Positions 1 through 10,363 are shown, numbered from the stretch's first letter. The stretch is 32,000 nucleotides of DNA from Candidatus Saccharimonadota bacterium (GCA_965228485.1 OZ245819.1:1050001-1082000), one strand, 5' to 3'. Notes: generated by a model not told the origin, from the sequence alone. Numbers and translations are program-made.

Positions 1-974
1 GTATTTTGGAGGTGCAGGATATTAGTGCGGTACAGCTCGATTCAGATTTCATAAAAACTAAAGGGGTAAACTTTCTTGAAGATGAAATTGATTGGGATGA
101 AACTAGAGTCGAGGGGAAGCCTTTGTTAAAAACCGCAGCGAAGTCTAAAAAAGTCCCAATTATTACTGGTTTTTTTGGAACAAATCAACATGGAACAATC
201 TCTCTTTTGGGGAGAGGAGGATCTGACTTTAGTGCGGCTATTTTGGCTGTGATTTACGGTTGTAAAGTAGTGGAAATTTGGACTGATGTAGATGGTTTTA
301 TGTCGGCAGATCCAAGGCTTGTAAAAAATGCTCGAGTTCTAGAAGAAATTGGTTTTAAAGAAGCTTCAGAGCTTTGTTTCTTCGGGGCAAAAGTTCTTCA
401 TCCTAGAACTATTCGTCCTGTTATTTTGAATGGAGGGGGAGAGGTTTGGATTAAAAACACCTTCAATCATGAGGCTCTTGGAACACGAATTACTGAGCAC
501 GCCAAAGCCTTAGACAGACCAGTTTTGTCGCTTTCTTCTAAAAAAGTGGCATTGCTTTCTTTGGACTTATTTGCAGCAGATGGAAACAAACATCGGGCTG
601 AGGTTTTTTATGAACTATTTAAAGTGATTAAAGATCATAAAGTAGCGGTTGATGCCGTAGCGGCTAGTGAGGCAATGATTTCTTTTTGTATTGAGGAAAA
701 ATATTTAGAACGGGAAGGCTTGATTGAGTCTATTGAAAACATTTCTCCACTAGAAGTAAGGCGAGATCGTTCGATCCTTTGTATTGTTTCTCCAGAGAAT
801 GCGGTATATAACATGCATGGAGTCTTGGCTCAAATTTTCGCAGCCATTGCCACGGCTGGAGTTTCGGTTGAAATGGATAGTGAGAATGCTTCGGAGGTAG
901 GGCAGCTGGTCGTTGTGAAAAATGTGGACGTTCCAAAGGCTATCAAGACTATTCATGAACATTTGATTGCATAA
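1..974 (+). CDS. lysC: aspartate kinase, 5'-truncated by window edge (C-terminal ~320 aa incl. regulatory domains)
   Basis: Frame is open from base 3, so TTG at 6 is an ORF-caller artefact. GRGGSDFSAAILA and WTDVDGFMSADPR motifs of the aspartokinase amino-acid-kinase fold. Followed directly by asd and dapB. Confidence 0.85.
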   Translation, partial: ILEVQDISAVQLDSDFIKTKGVNFLEDEIDWDETRVEGKPLLKTAAKSKKVPIITGFFGTNQHGTISLLGRGGSDFSAAILAVIYGCKVVEIWTDVDGFMSADPRLVKNARVLEEIGFKEASELCFFGAKVLHPRTIRPVILNGGGEVWIKNTFNHEALGTRITEHAKALDRPVLSLSSKKVALLSLDLFAADGNKHRAEVFYELFKVIKDHKVAVDAVAASEAMISFCIEEKYLEREGLIESIENISPLEVRRDRSILCIVSPENAVYNMHGVLAQIFAAIATAGVSVEMDSENASEVGQLVVVKNVDVPKAIKTIHEHLIA

Positions 975-976
975 CA

Positions 977-1432
977 ATGGATTATAAAATTAGATTGGCA
1001 ACAGAAGCAGATTTTCCCAGTATTCTTGGGATGATCCAAGAATTGGCAGATTTTGAAAAAGAGCCTGATGCGGTTATTAATTCTCTTGAGAGAATGAAAG
1101 CCGAACAAGATTTGTTTGAAGCGTTGGTAGTCGAAGTTGAAGGTAAGGTGGTAGCTATGGCGCTTTATTTTTTTGCTTATTATACTTGGGTTGGGAAGTC
1201 GCTTTATCTTGATGATTTATATGTAAAGGAGGCTTTCAGGGGAAATGGTATTGGTTCGGCATTGCTCAATAAAGTGATGCAGAGAGCCAAGGAAGCGGGT
1301 TGTCGACGAATTCGTTGGCAGGTGCTCAATTGGAATACTCCAGCCATTGAGGTCTATAAAAAGGCTGGGGCTGATATTGATAATGGTTGGAGTAATTGCG
1401 ATATTAATTATGAACAAATTAAGAACTTATAA
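977..1432 (+). CDS. GNAT N-acetyltransferase, spermidine/spermine (SSAT)/thialysine acetyltransferase-like
   Basis: IRLATEADxxxILxMIQELAxFE N-terminus, YFFAYYTWVGKSLYLDDLYV, the acetyl-CoA motif RGNGIGSALL and WNTPAIEVYKKAGA align by eye along the whole length with SSAT-family GNATs. 2-nt gaps to both neighbours. Confidence 0.8.
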   Translation: MDYKIRLATEADFPSILGMIQELADFEKEPDAVINSLERMKAEQDLFEALVVEVEGKVVAMALYFFAYYTWVGKSLYLDDLYVKEAFRGNGIGSALLNKVMQRAKEAGCRRIRWQVLNWNTPAIEVYKKAGADIDNGWSNCDINYEQIKNL

Positions 1433-1434
1433 AC

Positions 1435-2430
1435 ATGACTAAAAATATTGCCATTTGCGGTATTACAGGAGTAGTTGGACAGGAGACTTTGAGATGTCTA
1501 AAAGAGCTAGATTTTCCTGTGGGGGATTTGAGATGTTTTGCTTCTGCTCGTTCGGCGGGAAAGGAAATAGATACTCCATTTGGAATAAAGATAATTGAAG
1601 AATTTACACCTGAAGCTTGTACGGGATTTGATTTTGTCTTTCTTTGTATTTCTGGAGATTTTTCTGCTGAATTCGGAAGAGTTTTAGCGGCTCAGAACAA
1701 GTATGTTATCGATAATTCATCTTATTTTCGATATGATGAAGATGTACCACTGATTGTTCCTGAGGTAAATCCAGAAACGGCTGTTCAAAATAATTTGATT
1801 GCTAATCCTAATTGTACAACCGCTATTTTGGCGGTGGCTTTATATCCTCTTTATAAAGCGTTTGGACTGAAACGAGTTATTGTTTCTACCTATCAGGCGA
1901 CTTCGGGAGGAGGCCTAGCGGCTATGAATGAACTGGAAACTCAAACAAAAAACTACCTAGAGGGAAAAGAAGTAATCAATGATCGTTTTGCTCATCCGAT
2001 TCCGTTCAACCTTATTCCTGCGATTGATAAGTTTCAGGATAATGGTTACACCAAAGAAGAGATGAAAGTCGTCTGGGAAACTCAGAAAATTTTTGGAAAC
2101 CCAGATTTGCCTGTGTCTTGTACAGCCGTAAGAATTCCAACTTTTCGAGCTCATGCTGAAAGTGTGACAATTGAAACTGAATCCCCAGTTACTCCAGAAG
2201 TAGCAAGAGAAATTTTATCTCAAAGCGAAGGAATTAAATTAGTGGATGATCCAAGCAATCAGGTCTATCCCATGCCGTTAACTTCTTCTGAGCAGTTTGA
2301 TATTGAAGTGGGAAGAGTACGTCAAAATTTAGCCTTTGGTTCTCACGGGTTAGATTTCTTTGTTTGTGGTGATCAACTCTTGAAGGGGGCGGCACTTAAT
2401 ACAGTTCAGATAGCAAAATTATTTTTATAA
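1435..2430 (+). CDS. asd: aspartate-semialdehyde dehydrogenase
   Basis: N-terminal Rossmann GITGVVGQ, active-site NPNCTT(A) motif, SGGG, about 330 aa. Sits between lysC and dapB. Confidence 0.9.
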   Translation: MTKNIAICGITGVVGQETLRCLKELDFPVGDLRCFASARSAGKEIDTPFGIKIIEEFTPEACTGFDFVFLCISGDFSAEFGRVLAAQNKYVIDNSSYFRYDEDVPLIVPEVNPETAVQNNLIANPNCTTAILAVALYPLYKAFGLKRVIVSTYQATSGGGLAAMNELETQTKNYLEGKEVINDRFAHPIPFNLIPAIDKFQDNGYTKEEMKVVWETQKIFGNPDLPVSCTAVRIPTFRAHAESVTIETESPVTPEVAREILSQSEGIKLVDDPSNQVYPMPLTSSEQFDIEVGRVRQNLAFGSHGLDFFVCGDQLLKGAALNTVQIAKLFL

Positions 2431-2431
2431 T

Positions 2432-3163
2432 ATGAAATTCGCACATATCGGTTACGGAGGGATGGGAAAGGCGGTGTCAGCTCAAGCAAAAGAGCGAGGG
2501 CATGAGTCAGTAGCGGTAATAGAGTCTGATGATGTAATTTCAACAGAAACTTTAAATGGTGCGGATGTGGCTATTGAGTGCACGATTCCAAAAGCTTTTT
2601 GGTCTAATCTAGAGCGTTTATGTGAATTTGATCAGGATGCACTTATTGTTACTACGGGCTGGTATGATGATGTTGCTAAAGCGAAGTCGATGGTTGAAGC
2701 CGTTGGAAATCGAGTAATGTGGTCTTCTAATTATTCGGTTGGAGTAAATGTTTATTTTCGAATAATTGAGGCTGCAGCAAAGTTGATTGATAGAGCCGAA
2801 GAATATGATGTTTGGGGAACGGAAATTCATCATAGAAATAAAGTAGATTCTCCTTCTGGGACCGCTAAGACTCTCGAAGATATTTTGTTAGCAAATATTA
2901 CTAGAAAAACAGAGGTGGTTGAGGATGCTTTACAGAGAAAAATTGAAGATCATGAGCTGCATTTTTCTTCTACTAGAGGGGGGCTTGTAAATTTTGCACA
3001 TACCATTGGGTTTGATTCTGCAGCAGATTGTATTGAAATTAAGCACTTTGCCCGTTCTCGAGATGGTTACGCTCTTGGGGCGGTGAAATGTGCGGAATGG
3101 TTAAAAAATCAGTCTCCTGGATTTTATAGCATGGATGATTATCTCAAAGATATTTTTGCCTAG
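2432..3163 (+). CDS. dapB: 4-hydroxy-tetrahydrodipicolinate reductase
   Basis: GYGGMGKAV dinucleotide-binding start and the DapB signature EIHHRNKVDSPSGTA. 243 aa. Confidence 0.85.
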   Translation: MKFAHIGYGGMGKAVSAQAKERGHESVAVIESDDVISTETLNGADVAIECTIPKAFWSNLERLCEFDQDALIVTTGWYDDVAKAKSMVEAVGNRVMWSSNYSVGVNVYFRIIEAAAKLIDRAEEYDVWGTEIHHRNKVDSPSGTAKTLEDILLANITRKTEVVEDALQRKIEDHELHFSSTRGGLVNFAHTIGFDSAADCIEIKHFARSRDGYALGAVKCAEWLKNQSPGFYSMDDYLKDIFA

Positions 3164-3754
3164 ATGTTAGTGGCTGGAGTAGATGAGGCTGGTAGAGGAG
3201 CTTTGGCTGGCCCAGTAGTGGCTGGGGCCGTTTTACTTGAACCAGATTTAGATATGGAAAATTGTCCAGTGTTTAGTCTTATTAACGATTCAAAAAAATT
3301 AACGGATATTCAGCGAAGAGAGGTTTTTGAATGGTTGCAGAGGAATGTAATTTTCGGATTAGGGATTCTTCAAGCAGAAGAAATTGATGCAATAGGTATT
3401 AAAAAAGCGACTGAAAAAGCTATGAATATAGCGGTAGAGGCATTGTCTGTTAGGCCTGAAAAGCTTTTGGTTGATGGTCGTGACAAGTTTCAGTTTGCTA
3501 TTCCTTCTGAAGATATTGTGAAAGGTGATGAAAAAGAGCTATCTATATCAGCCGCTTCCATAATAGCGAAGGTTACGCGTGATAATTTTATGCTTGAAAT
3601 GGATCATCAATACCCTCAGTTTGGTTTTGCGGCCCATAAGGGTTATGGTGCTAAAAAACATTGTGAACTTTTAGATCAAGGAGTGTATTGTTTGGAACAT
3701 CGAAAAACTTACGATCCCTTAAAAACCTGGTTGAACCAAGGGAGGTTATTTTAG
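3164..3754 (+). CDS. rnhB: ribonuclease HII
   Basis: GVDEAGRGALAGPVVAGAV catalytic N-terminus, DSKKL, and the SAASIIAKVTRD motif. ATG abuts the dapB TAG. Confidence 0.9.
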   Translation: MLVAGVDEAGRGALAGPVVAGAVLLEPDLDMENCPVFSLINDSKKLTDIQRREVFEWLQRNVIFGLGILQAEEIDAIGIKKATEKAMNIAVEALSVRPEKLLVDGRDKFQFAIPSEDIVKGDEKELSISAASIIAKVTRDNFMLEMDHQYPQFGFAAHKGYGAKKHCELLDQGVYCLEHRKTYDPLKTWLNQGRLF

Positions 3755-3756
3755 GT

Positions 3757-4092
3757 TTATTTTTGAGCTGTCATTAAGAGTGGTACATACACATACTCTT
3801 GTCGATCTTTAGCAATAAAGTGATATTTTGTAGTTGTTTTTGAAACAAAATCTTGAGTTTGTAATCGAGCAATTTCAGCTTCAACAACCTCGTTTTCTGC
3901 GACCAAATCTTTTTTGTCTTCGAGGGCTCGAGTCATAACATATCCTTCCATAGAAAGTCTGTTCATGAGAAAGAGTTGTGTTAAAAATAGCCCCAGAGAG
4001 AACGCGATCAACAGTCCAAAAAGCATTTGCTGAGCTTGAAAAGCAATGCTTCGTAGGTGTGGGCGACGATGAATGTTGAGATCCGTTCTCAT
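3757..4092 (-). CDS. small bitopic membrane protein, FtsL/DivIC-like (tentative)
   Basis: Basic N-terminus, one TM segment (LFGLLIAFSLGLFLTQLFL), then a short coiled-coil (VVEAEIARLQ) and a C-terminal tail. The architecture matches FtsL-type division proteins, but there is no dcw context. Confidence 0.35.
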   Translation of the reverse strand: MRTDLNIHRRPHLRSIAFQAQQMLFGLLIAFSLGLFLTQLFLMNRLSMEGYVMTRALEDKKDLVAENEVVEAEIARLQTQDFVSKTTTKYHFIAKDRQEYVYVPLLMTAQK

Positions 4093-4208
4093 ATCGTTGT
4101 AATTTTAGATGAATAAAAAATACACACAAGAATTTTCGAGAAGTATTAATAGAGAATGGTTTTAATGTGGCAAGTAAAAAGCAAATACAAAAAAACCCAA
4201 AAAAAACT

Positions 4209-4237
4209 TTGACACCTCCTGAATTAATTTATATATT
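4209..4237 (+). promoter_or_regulatory. sigma70-type promoter for the 16S rRNA unit (TTGACA-17 nt-TATATT)
   Basis: Exact TTGACA at 4209-4214, a 17-nt spacer, and TATATT at 4232-4237. It lies about 365 nt upstream of the mature 16S 5' end and upstream of the leader half of the processing helix. Confidence 0.55.
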
Positions 4238-4395
4238 CCGCCGGCTCTTGCAGAAAATAACGATTCACAAAAATCATTATTCGAACACTGAGTTCACTAA
4301 CTGGTTCCCAAAGGTGGAACAAAGAGTGATGAGGAAAATTCCTCGCTTGAGATATCAAAAAAACATCGGAAATATTTTCTTGGTGTTAGTCTCAA

Positions 4396-4420
4396 AATGT
4401 TCTTTTTCATTTCGAACGCA
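4396..4420 (+). other. 16S leader half of a 25-bp leader-trailer helix (RNase III-type processing stem)
   Basis: 4396-4420 (AATGTTCTTTTTCATTTCGAACGCA) pairs antiparallel with 6275-6299 over 25 consecutive bp: 23 Watson-Crick and 2 G-U. Confidence 0.65.
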
Positions 4421-4599
4421 ACTGTATGAATCCCTTAGCCGGAGATTCATACGCAACAAAAAATCAACGTTTATTCATTTGAATTTATAGTTTGTAAGAA
4501 CTTAAAACTTACATTTCAGGTAACAAACGTAACAATTTAGCTACGTTCTATCTGATGCCAATATCAATTAAGTCTGTTATTAGTACAGCAGACATCTTC

Positions 4600-6086
<1,487 letters not shown>

Positions 6087-6274
6087 CCAGAGGCTTCAAG
6101 GGTATGCTCACTTTTTTATTAACCCGCGAAAGCGGCAGAGCAAAAAGCACTTAAATTTTGGTTGAATTTTCTTAAGTGTGTAAATTCCCTGAAGGTCGTC
6201 CCTCTGTTTTTCTCACAAATCTATTTAAACTTTTCTAAGTCACTGAATTAAGCTGTGGGAAAGACTGAGGGATA

Positions 6275-6299
6275 TGCGTTCGAAATGAAAGAGAATATT
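6275..6299 (+). other. 16S trailer half of the leader-trailer processing helix
   Basis: TGCGTTCGAAATGAAAGAGAATATT is complementary to 4396-4420. Confidence 0.65.
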
Positions 6300-6343
6300 C
6301 TCAAGAAAAGCCTATGCTTGCATAAGGCTTTTTTTGAGAATAT
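6295..6343. terminator. long palindromic intrinsic terminator closing the 16S unit
   Basis: Core stem GCCT(A)ATGC / GCAT-AGGC with a CTTG loop, followed by T7. The A-tract and T-tract flanks extend the hairpin to about 24 bp (6295-6343), which gives a bidirectional design. Confidence 0.6.
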
Positions 6344-6392
6344 GTCCTGCTTATTTGTCCTTGCAAATGTGAAGGAATGAACAAGAAAAATT

Positions 6393-6413
6393 CCAAGTTT
6401 ACTTGGGTTTTTT
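6393..6413. terminator. short hairpin plus T-run, likely terminator of the minus-strand FISUMP gene
   Basis: CCAAG-TTTA-CTTGG flanked by A-run and T-run on both strands, 17 nt beyond the stop of 6430..7143(-). The stem is only 5 bp. Confidence 0.35.
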
Positions 6414-6429
6414 ATAAAATATAAGATAA

Positions 6430-7143
6430 CTAGTCTCTAATACACTTAACATGAAACCCATTGTTTAGAGATTTTGTATTGATGTAAGGGTTAGAAGAAA
6501 TTTCAACTTTACCAGAGCTATCAATAGAGACGCTATTAATCATTTCAGTATTGTCATAAGTTTCAACACTAGAAGTCCAGTAAATACTGGTATCACCAAT
6601 AAAATCAAAAGTATCAAATGAAGCATTGTAAATACCACTTTGCTTCAAGGGAAAAATTTTATTTTCTTTGAGTAAAGACTCACAATAACTTGGAATATGC
6701 CATCCCTCAGGACATATCCCCTGAGATCTCTCTTGTTTTTTTCCATTCATAGCAGCATCCCAAGTGTACAAACGGCCATCACTTTCTCTTCCCTCATAAA
6801 AACCACTCCACCCAATACTAGGAATGTCTTTCATATTATCTAAAAACCAACATTGCCCGTCAATTTCCACCAAACGATAAGAATTGTTTTGATCTGTTAT
6901 GAGTTCTTTTGTTTGAGCGCAAGGAGTGCGAGAAATAATGGAATCTCTACAAATTGAAACAGTTCCTTTCTCTACTGCTTCTTTCGAATCTAAGTTATTT
7001 AATTTTTTACTAATTGCTTCAATACGAATTAAATCCTTGCCTTGGAAAGTTTTATTAGTAACAAAATTTCCTAACCAAATTACAGATAAAACACAAAGAA
7101 AAATACAAGCAAGTAAAATGGGCTTCTTTTTGAATATTTTCAT
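6430..7143 (-). CDS. secreted or membrane-anchored protein with Fibrobacter succinogenes major paralogous (FISUMP, TIGR02145-like) domain
   Basis: N-terminal signal/anchor (KKKPILLACIFLCVLSVIWL). The C-terminal domain carries GQCWFLDNM, GRLYTWDAA, CPEGWHIPS, IYWTSS and a terminal GFHVKCIRD, matching the FISUMP consensus pattern as I recall it. Confidence 0.6.
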   Translation of the reverse strand: MKIFKKKPILLACIFLCVLSVIWLGNFVTNKTFQGKDLIRIEAISKKLNNLDSKEAVEKGTVSICRDSIISRTPCAQTKELITDQNNSYRLVEIDGQCWFLDNMKDIPSIGWSGFYEGRESDGRLYTWDAAMNGKKQERSQGICPEGWHIPSYCESLLKENKIFPLKQSGIYNASFDTFDFIGDTSIYWTSSVETYDNTEMINSVSIDSSGKVEISSNPYINTKSLNNGFHVKCIRD

Positions 7144-7212
7144 TAATTAAATTATAAAAAAATATATTTTTATGACAAAACTTTGTTTTTTTATATGATC
7201 AAGTTCGAATGC

Positions 7213-7241
7213 TTTTCAAAAGAGGCTTAATTGAGTATAAT
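7213..7241 (+). promoter_or_regulatory. possible clpC promoter (TTTTCA-17 nt-TATAAT)
   Basis: Exact TATAAT at 7236-7241, 63 nt upstream of the ATG. The -35 is weak (4/6). An AT-rich 7-bp hairpin (7249-7267) sits just downstream. No CIRCE or CtsR box is recognisable. Confidence 0.35.
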
Positions 7242-7304
7242 TGCACGAAGTATTTTTGTTAAATACTCTGGAAAAAGAAAAGTTTTAAATTAAAGAAATA
7301 TTAT

Positions 7305-9944
7305 ATGTCATCATCCCATTTTGACTCATTTACACATTTTGCTAAAAACGCGATAATTCTCGCGCAGGAAGAAATGAAAAAGCTGGATGAACAGCAGATT
7401 CAAACACAGCATTTGTTACTTGGAATTTTGCGTCAGCCTAAATCTTTAGGCGGCTCTATTCTTCGTAACTTTGGAGTAAACTATGAAAACGCTTATCGTC
7501 TAGCTGAAGAACTAAAGAATCCAGTGACTGATGAGGCAGAAGAGAAAGAGGTTGATAATATACTTTCTACTTTTGGACAACGAGCCATTGAAATGGCCGC
7601 TCAATCGGCTTTAGATTTTGGTCATTCCATGGTTGATTCTGAACATTTACTCTATGCATTGTTGAAACAAAGTAATTCAGGGGCAAATCATATTTTGGAA
7701 GCCCTTATGGTGAGACCTCCTCAATTGATTGAGTATCTTGAAAATCTTTTCAAGCAATCAAGTCAGAAAAGTGATGAAGATAAGGGGCAAGATGTAGAAG
7801 CGCCGACTCCAATGCAGATTGATAATTTTTTGAATGGTCTACAAGGGGTTTTAGCAGGACTATTTATCGAAAGAAATGGAGCTGGGGGGCAGATGTCTCC
7901 AGAAATACCAACGGATGAAGATATTATGGGAGGAGGCATGCCGCCAGAACAAGGTGGTGGTGAAGGTGGCAGAAAAAAGAAATTAGCTTTGGACTATTTC
8001 TGTACAGACTTCACTCAAATGGCCTTTGATGGAAAGTTAGAAAAAATTGTTGGACGTTCGAAAGAGATTGAACGAATGGTTCAGATTCTCTGTCGAAAGA
8101 CTAAAAATAATCCAGTTCTTCTTGGAGATCCTGGAGTTGGAAAAACGGCTATTGTTGAGGGACTCGCTCAACGGATTGCGGAAGGAAAAGTTCCTGATAG
8201 TCTGCTTGATAAGAGAATTCTTTCTTTGTCGATGGCAAACCTCGTTGCTGGGACAAAGTATCGAGGAGAATTTGAAGAACGTATTAAACGAATTATTGAA
8301 GAAGCTCAAGATGCTGAAAATGAAGTAGTCCTTTTTATTGATGAGCTTCATACGATTATCGGAGCGGGGAGTGCTGAAGGGACACTTGATGCGGCTAATA
8401 TTTTGAAACCAGCTCTATCAAGAGGGGCTATTCAAGTTGTAGGAGCCACCACTCATGATGAGTACCAGAAATACATTGAAAAGGATGCAGCATTATCTAG
8501 ACGGTTTCAGGGGGTAGAAGTGCCAGAACCAACCGTTGATGAAGCGATTGAAATTCTTCAAGGGGTGAAACCTCATTATGAAAAATACCACAGTGTTAAA
8601 ATTTCTGATGAAGCGGTTGAAATGGCCGTTAAATTATCAGCCCGATATATCAGTGATCGATTTTTACCAGATAAAGCTTTTGATATTCTAGACGAAGCCT
8701 GTGCTTCAAAGTCACTCTCTAACCGAAAAAACGGGAAAGAAATTCGTGATCTAAGAAAGAAAATTTCGTCAGTGCAGAAGAAAAAAGAAACGGCGGTAAT
8801 GAATCAAAATTATCAAAAAGCCAATGACTTACATCAAGAACAACAAGCTTTAGAGATTCAAATTTTAAAGCTTAAACAGCAAAAAATTGATCCTAAGAAG
8901 CTTAAGTCTATTGATCGAGATACCGTTGCAAATGTCATTAACCAAATGACGGGGATTCCAGTTTCGGCGCTTGTTACAGCTGAGTGGAAGACGCTTAAGA
9001 GTCTTGAGAAAGATTTATCTGCTCAAATTATTGGTCAAGATGATGCGATTGTAGAAGTATCTAAGGCTATTAGACGTTCTCGAGTGGGACTCAGTAATCC
9101 AAAACGACCACTTGGAGCATTTTTACTACTTGGGCCAACAGGAGTTGGAAAAACAGAGCTAGTGAAACAGTTAGCGGATGAAGTCTATCATGATGAAAAG
9201 GCACTGATTAAAATTGATATGTCAGAGTTTTCATCTGGGCATAATAGTTCGCGACTTGTTGGAGCTACGGCTGGATATGTTGGGCACGAAGAAGGGGGAG
9301 AATTAACCGAAAAAGTACGAAAACGTCCGTACAGTATTGTTCTCTTTGATGAGATTGAAAAAGCTCATAAAGAAGTGCACAACATGCTTCTTCAGATATT
9401 AGATGAAGGTATTTTGACGGATGGTAAAGGTCGTCAGGTAAACTTTAAGAACACGATCTTGATTATGACTTCTAATATTGGGGCTCAGAAGTTCCAAAAA
9501 GAGGCCAATAGTATTGGTTTTGCTGAAAGTGATAAAGATTTGGCAGAGCACGAACACGAATTTGATTTGGTGAAAGGCGAAGTTCTAAAGGAGCTTAAAA
9601 AGAAATTTACTCCAGAGTTTTTGAATCGGCTTGATGGGACTGTCGTGTTTAGGCCACTAAATCGAAATCATATTAAATCAATTGTGAAACTTCAGTTTAA
9701 AGAATTCCAAGAGCGATTGGAGGAAAAGAATATTACCCTAAAAATGGGAGGTTCAGCAATTAATGCTTTGGCAAAAGCCGCTTATAAACCAGAATATGGA
9801 GCGCGAGAAGTTCGACGAGTACTTCAGGAACGACTTGAAAATCCACTTGTAGAGGGACTGGTAGAAGGAACGATTCAAGAAGAAAAAACCTATCAAGTAG
9901 GTCATGATACAAAGACTGAGAGATGTACCTTTAAAGAGGTTTAA
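7305..9944 (+). CDS. clpC: ClpC-type AAA+ chaperone/unfoldase (two ATPase domains, short UVR-like middle domain, ClpP-docking IGF loop)
   Basis: Two Clp_N repeats; Walker A GDPGVGKTA and GPTGVGKTE; Walker B VLFIDELH and IVLFDEIEKAH. The middle region is about 70 aa (QNYQKANDLHQEQQALE), which is ClpC-length rather than ClpB-length. SIGF tripeptide in D2. Confidence 0.85.
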   Translation: MSSSHFDSFTHFAKNAIILAQEEMKKLDEQQIQTQHLLLGILRQPKSLGGSILRNFGVNYENAYRLAEELKNPVTDEAEEKEVDNILSTFGQRAIEMAAQSALDFGHSMVDSEHLLYALLKQSNSGANHILEALMVRPPQLIEYLENLFKQSSQKSDEDKGQDVEAPTPMQIDNFLNGLQGVLAGLFIERNGAGGQMSPEIPTDEDIMGGGMPPEQGGGEGGRKKKLALDYFCTDFTQMAFDGKLEKIVGRSKEIERMVQILCRKTKNNPVLLGDPGVGKTAIVEGLAQRIAEGKVPDSLLDKRILSLSMANLVAGTKYRGEFEERIKRIIEEAQDAENEVVLFIDELHTIIGAGSAEGTLDAANILKPALSRGAIQVVGATTHDEYQKYIEKDAALSRRFQGVEVPEPTVDEAIEILQGVKPHYEKYHSVKISDEAVEMAVKLSARYISDRFLPDKAFDILDEACASKSLSNRKNGKEIRDLRKKISSVQKKKETAVMNQNYQKANDLHQEQQALEIQILKLKQQKIDPKKLKSIDRDTVANVINQMTGIPVSALVTAEWKTLKSLEKDLSAQIIGQDDAIVEVSKAIRRSRVGLSNPKRPLGAFLLLGPTGVGKTELVKQLADEVYHDEKALIKIDMSEFSSGHNSSRLVGATAGYVGHEEGGELTEKVRKRPYSIVLFDEIEKAHKEVHNMLLQILDEGILTDGKGRQVNFKNTILIMTSNIGAQKFQKEANSIGFAESDKDLAEHEHEFDLVKGEVLKELKKKFTPEFLNRLDGTVVFRPLNRNHIKSIVKLQFKEFQERLEEKNITLKMGGSAINALAKAAYKPEYGAREVRRVLQERLENPLVEGLVEGTIQEEKTYQVGHDTKTERCTFKEV

Positions 9945-10363
9945 TCTTCTTCAACAACTTCACTAACTCGACCGACAGTGCTATCGGCAATAATTGATTC
10001 ACGGATAGCTTGCGAAATCTTGGCATTTGGAACTTCAGGGAAAGTTACAAACAAGCTATTAAGAATATGAGTTTGGTTTGTCGAGAGTGTTTCTAGGAAT
10101 TTTTTGAAGGCGTTTATTTCGTCTGGAGTTCCTTTGATTTCAGATAATTGATGGCAGAGGTGTTTTAGCGCTTCCTGGCTATGATGCATAGTTTCAGAGT
10201 CTTCGTTTAGGGCGTCATCTAGAGTGTTGTAAAGATCGGTTTCTTCTAGCTTTTCTGTATAATCGTCATCCTCATTAGCTGATAAAATTCTTACAACCCA
10301 TACAGCGGCGAGTTCGCTAGAGGCTTGTGAGATTTCGAGTTCCGTAGGATATCCTTCTGGCAT
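9941..10363 (-). CDS. hypothetical acidic protein (140 aa)
   Basis: Uninterrupted ORF with an extended -10 (TGATAAAAT) upstream. Very acidic with no recognisable motif. Its stop overlaps the clpC stop. Confidence 0.5.
   Translation of the reverse strand: MPEGYPTELEISQASSELAAVWVVRILSANEDDDYTEKLEETDLYNTLDDALNEDSETMHHSQEALKHLCHQLSEIKGTPDEINAFKKFLETLSTNQTHILNSLFVTFPEVPNAKISQAIRESIIADSTVGRVSEVVEED

Noticed and set aside
4167-4490. 107-aa ORF upstream of the 16S
   Set aside because: It spans the rRNA promoter (4209-4237) and the leader half of the processing helix. It is Lys/Arg/Asn-rich as expected from translating AT-rich leader RNA, and it has no start context. I treat it as non-coding rRNA leader.
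8037-8351. Antisense or alternate-frame ORFs inside long genes (e.g. 8037..8351-, 8047..8328+, 11792..12007-, 17745..18092+, 18722..19081-, 19099..19398+, 26913..27281-, 30170..30508-)
   Set aside because: All are fully nested in strongly supported CDSs and have low-complexity or odd composition. No independent signals support them.
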